Shown: positions 28,003-32,000 of the stretch, piece after piece
Layout: every line of letters starts with the position of its first letter
Position numbering within the stretch: position 1 is the first letter of the stretch
Assembly: GCA_044355655.1 (NCBI GenBank)
Contig: JBIKXS010000020.1
Location: 25,345-57,344 of the forward strand
Length of the DNA: 32,000 nt
From: Burkholderiaceae bacterium
GTDB lineage: Bacteria; Pseudomonadota; Gammaproteobacteria; Burkholderiales; Burkholderiaceae_E
Direction: 5' to 3'
Program-made: the position numbers and the translations under genes
The notes under the pieces: model-generated
Database searches by the model: none
What the model was told of the DNA's origin: nothing
The model's input: only the letters and a program-made list of their open reading frames with translations

Positions 28003-28884
28003 ATGAATCGCGTTTTCCCCAACCTCTCGAAGCATTTCTATGAAGAGCAAAAGGCAGAGATCGCAGCTGCCAGGCGCAGCCCCTATTACATGTGGTGGAT
28101 GTGTCTCGCGTTAAGTCGAGAGTACTGGCGGTTATGTCAAGTCGAGGGAAAGACGGGTGATCCTCAGTTCGCAAGGGTCTATGAGCACTTTGGGGATGTC
28201 TTTCACGATGAATTTGATGATTGGTGGCTCGAGCACGGCAAGGCTGCCTTCGCTTACAAGATCAGACCCCCAGTGGTGCGCTACTTGACTCCGACAGACA
28301 GTCGCGAATTCTCAAATCATGGCCACTTAAAGCATGCAAAGCTTGTCGTCGTACCAGACCACTATTCAAAGTCAGAGCTTGTGAGACAGTTCAAAAGGCT
28401 TTTGGTCGACTATGCACCAAGCGCACTACCTGCTCGATTCGCAAGTCCGTTTGAAGTCGCAAGTCTACGCGGCATGAAGCGCAGCATGTTGAGAGATGTC
28501 TTAAGGGTCAGAGTAGCGAGCGATGCTTTACAAATCGTTAAGACCAAGCAATTGATCGCGCACCCAGAAAAGTACGGCGCTGCGTGGATTGGGCGCATCG
28601 CGAATATTTCACCTCGAAAAAGCGCTAATAAGTTGCGCACAAAGGACACTGATCGCAATGAGCGCTTAGCGCTAAGGGTCAAGGTGGCACGCTATCAGCT
28701 GAAGGCCTCTCGACTCATAGCTAACGCGGAGATTGGCGTTTTCCCCAACATAGCACCAACAACAGAAAATCCTAAGCGCTGGACAAAGGCGCAGCTTGCA
28801 CGGTTCGCAAAACTTGAGGCCCAAGAACCCTTCATCAGTCCAGTTGTTCAATACACGCAATATCTAAAATTGATCACGGGCTAG
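28003..28884 (+). CDS. Hypothetical protein (293 aa), island cargo
   Basis: A long ORF with a Trp/Tyr-rich N-terminal part (SPYYMWWMCLALSREYWRLC) and a basic C-terminal half. No motif was recognised and the SD is weak. Confidence 0.5.
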   Translation: MNRVFPNLSKHFYEEQKAEIAAARRSPYYMWWMCLALSREYWRLCQVEGKTGDPQFARVYEHFGDVFHDEFDDWWLEHGKAAFAYKIRPPVVRYLTPTDSREFSNHGHLKHAKLVVVPDHYSKSELVRQFKRLLVDYAPSALPARFASPFEVASLRGMKRSMLRDVLRVRVASDALQIVKTKQLIAHPEKYGAAWIGRIANISPRKSANKLRTKDTDRNERLALRVKVARYQLKASRLIANAEIGVFPNIAPTTENPKRWTKAQLARFAKLEAQEPFISPVVQYTQYLKLITG

Positions 28885-28953
28885 ACACTGCGATGGGTCG
28901 AGGGTACACGCTCGCATACTTAATCTTGGCGCTTTGAGCGATCGGTGTTGAAC

Positions 28954-28979
28954 GCTGAGCGTCTCGTTTTGGGACGCTT
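28954..28979. repeat. IR-R: right copy of the perfect 26-bp inverted repeat
   Basis: GCTGAGCGTCTCGTTTTGGGACGCTT is the reverse complement of 24872..24897. Confidence 0.95.
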
Positions 28980-29340
28980 AGGGGTGGTGATTGCACGGTC
29001 TCCGATTGTGCGGTGCTTTCAAAAAAAGGAAGCTCGACAAAAAATAAAAAAATTAAGGTTCTGATTGATCGAGCAAAAAAAGAGACTAACCTACGTCTAT
29101 AAAAAAAATGCAACGAGCTGGTACGAATTCAAATCGAGGTTGCTTGCTTCATGAAGAGAGGGCTTTTCAAGCCCCTCTGTGAACTCGCTTGCGCTATCGC
29201 GCTGCGCTCATTCACAGCTTTTCTTCACAATAAGTTAAGCACATGAGTCATCGGGATGGGGTTAACGAAGGAATTACTATAAGTGTGTGACTTTTTGAAG
29301 GTCAAAGCGCTTCGGTTTGATCCGTAGCGAGGGGTACCAG

Positions 29341-30804
29341 ATGCTAAGACTCGAAGTGGATCCAGCGGTCCTTAAGGCGTTAAAGACGGCATTTCCAAAA
29401 CCCTCGGGTGCGGCGCTGAAGGCATTGCGGAAATACGTGAGTGCGTTGAACGATCTACTCACCGAGGCAATTCGTCTGGGGAACGACCCTTATGGCGCTC
29501 GGTTTCACTTATTTAGTATCAGTCTGCATCAACTCGCGAACCGAGGGGGGCAGATTGGACCTAAGCGCATTCGTACGCATGCGTGGTTGAAGGAAAACGG
29601 GTTAGCGCTCGTTCAAGCAATCGAATTGGGCAGCAATCTGAGTGGTCAGAAGTCACGCGTTCGTCTAACAAGGCTTGTCACGCTGGTCGACGAGCTGAGC
29701 TTGGCTTCGGTGCAGATAAAGCACAGTGCGAATGTGAAGGGCTTTCTTGATCATCCGAGCGAGAGCGAAGTGGCATGGATTCGTCAGATTTATCCAGCGC
29801 TAGACCAACTCGATGAGGTCGCGGTCAATGCGCAGTATCACATCACTGACATCGATCTTGAGTCGTTGGGACGATTCATCATCTGGATCGCAGAAAAGGC
29901 ACGTCATATTCCTAAGTCAAGAAGGGATATGATTTTTCGGCAAGCGGTCTTGATCTACCGCGTTGCCAAGTTTAGTGATGGAATCTTTCTGCAAAAGATC
30001 AAACGTAGTCACTTTGGTCGAACGTACTATGAAGGCATCAGCGTTCAAAACGTGCACCGAACGCTACGTCAAGCGATGCTCGGTGACAGTTGGGAGTACG
30101 ACATCGTTTCATCGGTTGTTGCTTGGAAGCTAGGCTTTGGCGAGCGGTTTCGCCAAGTGATGCTCAAAAGCCAGTCGGTAGCTGAGATCTTTCCCACGAT
30201 GCTTATCTATCTGCAAGATAAAGATGATCTGATTAAGACGATACGTGCTGATACATATTTAAGGGATAGCGAGGTGGATGCGATCGGTCAGCGCAAGCAA
30301 GTGAAGTCAGCACTGACTGCGCTTTGCTTTGGCGCGAGGGTTGGTGCCAGTGGGTGGCATGACGACGCGGGCATGTGGAAAGTCCCCGCGATTGGAAGCA
30401 TCTTCAAAGATGTCAGTGAACGCAAGCGTTTTGTGATGAGTCGTAGCACCAAAGCATTCATCAATGAGCAAAGGAAGCTCGACCAATTCATCTTCGATTT
30501 GCACTTGGCTTCAAATCGATCACTCAAATGCGACCCTCGGCTTCAGACCGAAAGCGGACGAGTGAGTCGCGCTAAAGTGCTCGCATACCTTTATCAACAC
30601 GCTGAGACAGCGGCCATGGATATCGTTCGTCGCGAGTTAGCACAAGTTAACAACACGGTGCTTGCGAATATCCACGATGCGATCATCGTTCGAGAAAAAC
30701 TCTCGCTCGATGTTCGAAACGTGATCGAGGATTCGATGAGGCGAGAGACGGGTAATGTTTTCTGGAGAGTTAGCCAAAAGCAAATTAAGCGCTTTGAGAG
30801 CTAG
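29341..30804 (+). CDS. Divergent family-A (Pol I / T7-like) nucleic-acid polymerase domain protein with no exonuclease domains
   Basis: Numbering follows the 495-aa track ORF. FGRTYYEGISVQNV matches TGRLSSxxPNLQNIP; RTLRQAM matches RxIRxAF; motif A is D262. Motif B is R326-x3-K330-x7-F338-G339, the same spacing as RxxxKxxxxxxxYG. ETAAMDIV matches QGTAADII, and motif C is NIHD454AIIV. ATG 29341 has GAGGGG 6 nt upstream and is preferred over TTG 29317. Confidence 0.6.
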   Translation: MLRLEVDPAVLKALKTAFPKPSGAALKALRKYVSALNDLLTEAIRLGNDPYGARFHLFSISLHQLANRGGQIGPKRIRTHAWLKENGLALVQAIELGSNLSGQKSRVRLTRLVTLVDELSLASVQIKHSANVKGFLDHPSESEVAWIRQIYPALDQLDEVAVNAQYHITDIDLESLGRFIIWIAEKARHIPKSRRDMIFRQAVLIYRVAKFSDGIFLQKIKRSHFGRTYYEGISVQNVHRTLRQAMLGDSWEYDIVSSVVAWKLGFGERFRQVMLKSQSVAEIFPTMLIYLQDKDDLIKTIRADTYLRDSEVDAIGQRKQVKSALTALCFGARVGASGWHDDAGMWKVPAIGSIFKDVSERKRFVMSRSTKAFINEQRKLDQFIFDLHLASNRSLKCDPRLQTESGRVSRAKVLAYLYQHAETAAMDIVRRELAQVNNTVLANIHDAIIVREKLSLDVRNVIEDSMRRETGNVFWRVSQKQIKRFES

Positions 30805-30836
30805 AGCGCTTAGCTTATTGGACTAAATAAAGTGAT

Positions 30837-31187
30837 ATGCGCTTTACAGAATTCAAGCACCCACTTCAACCATTTATCGGTACCGTTCGAGTGGCCTCTG
30901 GCGCTGGTCAGATGCTTACGAAATTGGTTTTATGGAGTGATGGTCATCAACAAGCGCGAGCTTTGTTTGCACGCTTGTTTGGTGTAGGAAACATCATTGC
31001 TGTTGCTCAATTGATGAATGAGTCAGCGACGCAAATGCTCAAAAGCCCAGCGGAGCTCCAAGTCAAAGCAATGAGCGATCAAGCGAAACAGCTTAAGACC
31101 CGTGCTAAAACGATTAGGGCAAAGCGTGCACTCGATAAAGCAAAGCAATCACTTCAACAAGCTACAAGCAATAGCATAACGAGCTAA
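30837..31187 (+). CDS. Hypothetical protein (116 aa) with a Lys/Ala/Gln-rich, probably helical C-terminus
   Basis: ORF only; no motif recognised. Confidence 0.4.
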   Translation: MRFTEFKHPLQPFIGTVRVASGAGQMLTKLVLWSDGHQQARALFARLFGVGNIIAVAQLMNESATQMLKSPAELQVKAMSDQAKQLKTRAKTIRAKRALDKAKQSLQQATSNSITS

Positions 31188-31362
31188 TTATCATATCGTA
31201 TGGGATACGATACTTTATCGCGATAGGGCAACTCTTTTGAGAAGCATCGTTTGTAAACGAGTAGTCTAAAAGTATAAACGTTATACCATTAAACATGAGG
31301 ATTTTGGGCGCTTAAGCCATTGTTTTCGCGTAGGCAATTTCGTCGGATTTGCACTCTTGACG

Positions 31363-32000
31363 AATCGCTTCTCGCGATTGCAATCGCAGCTGCTTTACCG
31401 GCCGTCGCATCGGCCCAAGTGACTATTTCTGGCTACGCTAAAGGTAGCTTTGATAGTTTTTCGATTGGCGACAAAAACGCCGCTAGGCTTGGCAAAACCT
31501 CAGAGAATCGTGTAACCGACCATTCGTCACGCATGATTTTCAGCGCGAACGAGCAAATCGATAATGATCTTTCTGGTGTTTTCCAATTGGACTTGCGCTT
31601 TAATGTGGACCAAGTTGGACGCGCTGGTAATGAAGGTGCGGCGGCAGAACCAGGAAAACATGTTGCAACACCTAGCGCGGTTGGAAACGTATTGAGCACT
31701 GGTAACAACCATGTCGGTATCGTCAGTAAGTCGATGGGTGCCCTGAGATTTGGGCGTTCAGACATTTACTACGGTAATACTGGCTCTGTATTGCCAAGTT
31801 CTACACACATCAACGCCTCTGCGCCTACTGTGATTCATAACCCAGGCGCAGCAATGGCCAACTGGTCGCGCACGCCAAACCTGATTTGGTACACCTCACC
31901 GACGGTCCAAGGATGGTCTGCGACTGCTGGCTATTCAACCAATCCCCTGCGCGTGTCAGGTACTAACGAAACCGAAAACGACCTTAGCACGACTGCAGCG
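31363..32000 (+). repeat. Right copy of the long direct repeat (porin nt 8 onward), running off the window
   Basis: See 22232..22869. Confidence 0.97.
31363..32000 (+). pseudogene. Displaced second porin copy lacking the native promoter, SD and first 7 nt (ATGAAGA); 3' end outside the window
   Basis: Homology to the intact porin starts at codon 3, and the upstream DNA is island sequence. It may still be expressed from an alternative in-frame TTG at 31320, so the pseudogene status is provisional. Confidence 0.5.

Larger units (their letters stand above)
23452..31362. mobile_element. Integrated genomic island (about 7.9 kb of unique DNA between two porin copies)
   Basis: It is flanked by near-identical direct repeats. 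The integrase gene lies at the left end. The cargo is recombination/replication-type genes and orphan ORFs, and the intergenic tracts are AT-rich by eye. Confidence 0.8.

Noticed and set aside
28874-29113. 79-aa minus-strand ORF in the island.
   Set aside because: Its sequence (FFYRRR...FLFFVELPFF) is the translation of the A-tract cluster. It has no SD and overlaps IR-R, so it is treated as non-coding.
23452-31362. The island as a filamentous (inovirus) prophage, because of the Gp2-like HUH protein and its size of about 8 kb.
   Set aside because: It has no Zot/gpI-like P-loop ATPase, no small hydrophobic coat proteins and no ssDNA-binding-protein-sized gene cluster in one orientation. The gene content does not fit.

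Overview
The window looks like a betaproteobacterial (Burkholderiales-like) chromosome segment with three parts. (1) nt 1-11.2k is accessory catabolic and transport DNA. It holds three Bug/TctC-family binding proteins, a cytoplasmic ModA-like binding-fold protein, an amidohydrolase-2 enzyme, a tight minus-strand operon (LLM flavin monooxygenase, CocE/NonD hydrolase, cupin), a CMD-family protein and an adenylate-forming ligase. (2) nt 11.2-23.5k holds conserved core genes in typical Burkholderiales order: nrdR, glyA, a histidine phosphatase, tyrS, an M23 peptidase, anmK, erpA, rpsI, rplM, an OsmC-family gene, coq7 and a general porin. (3) nt 23.5-31.4k is an integrated island of about 7.9 kb, and this is the most interesting part. 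It follows the porin gene and is followed by a second, near-identical porin copy that lacks its first 7 nt. The two copies are 9131 bp apart and differ by one synonymous change over the 638 bp visible. The island encodes a full-length tyrosine integrase, a small HUH-motif Rep-like protein, a FimB/FimE-sized tyrosine recombinase and four ORFs with no recognisable motifs. It also encodes a roughly 490-aa protein carrying the full motif set of a family-A (Pol I/T7-like) polymerase domain with no exonuclease domains. A perfect 26-bp inverted repeat brackets a 4.1-kb five-gene module inside the island. No rRNA, tRNA or CRISPR array was found. All calls rest on reading the supplied translations and the DNA; no database search was possible.
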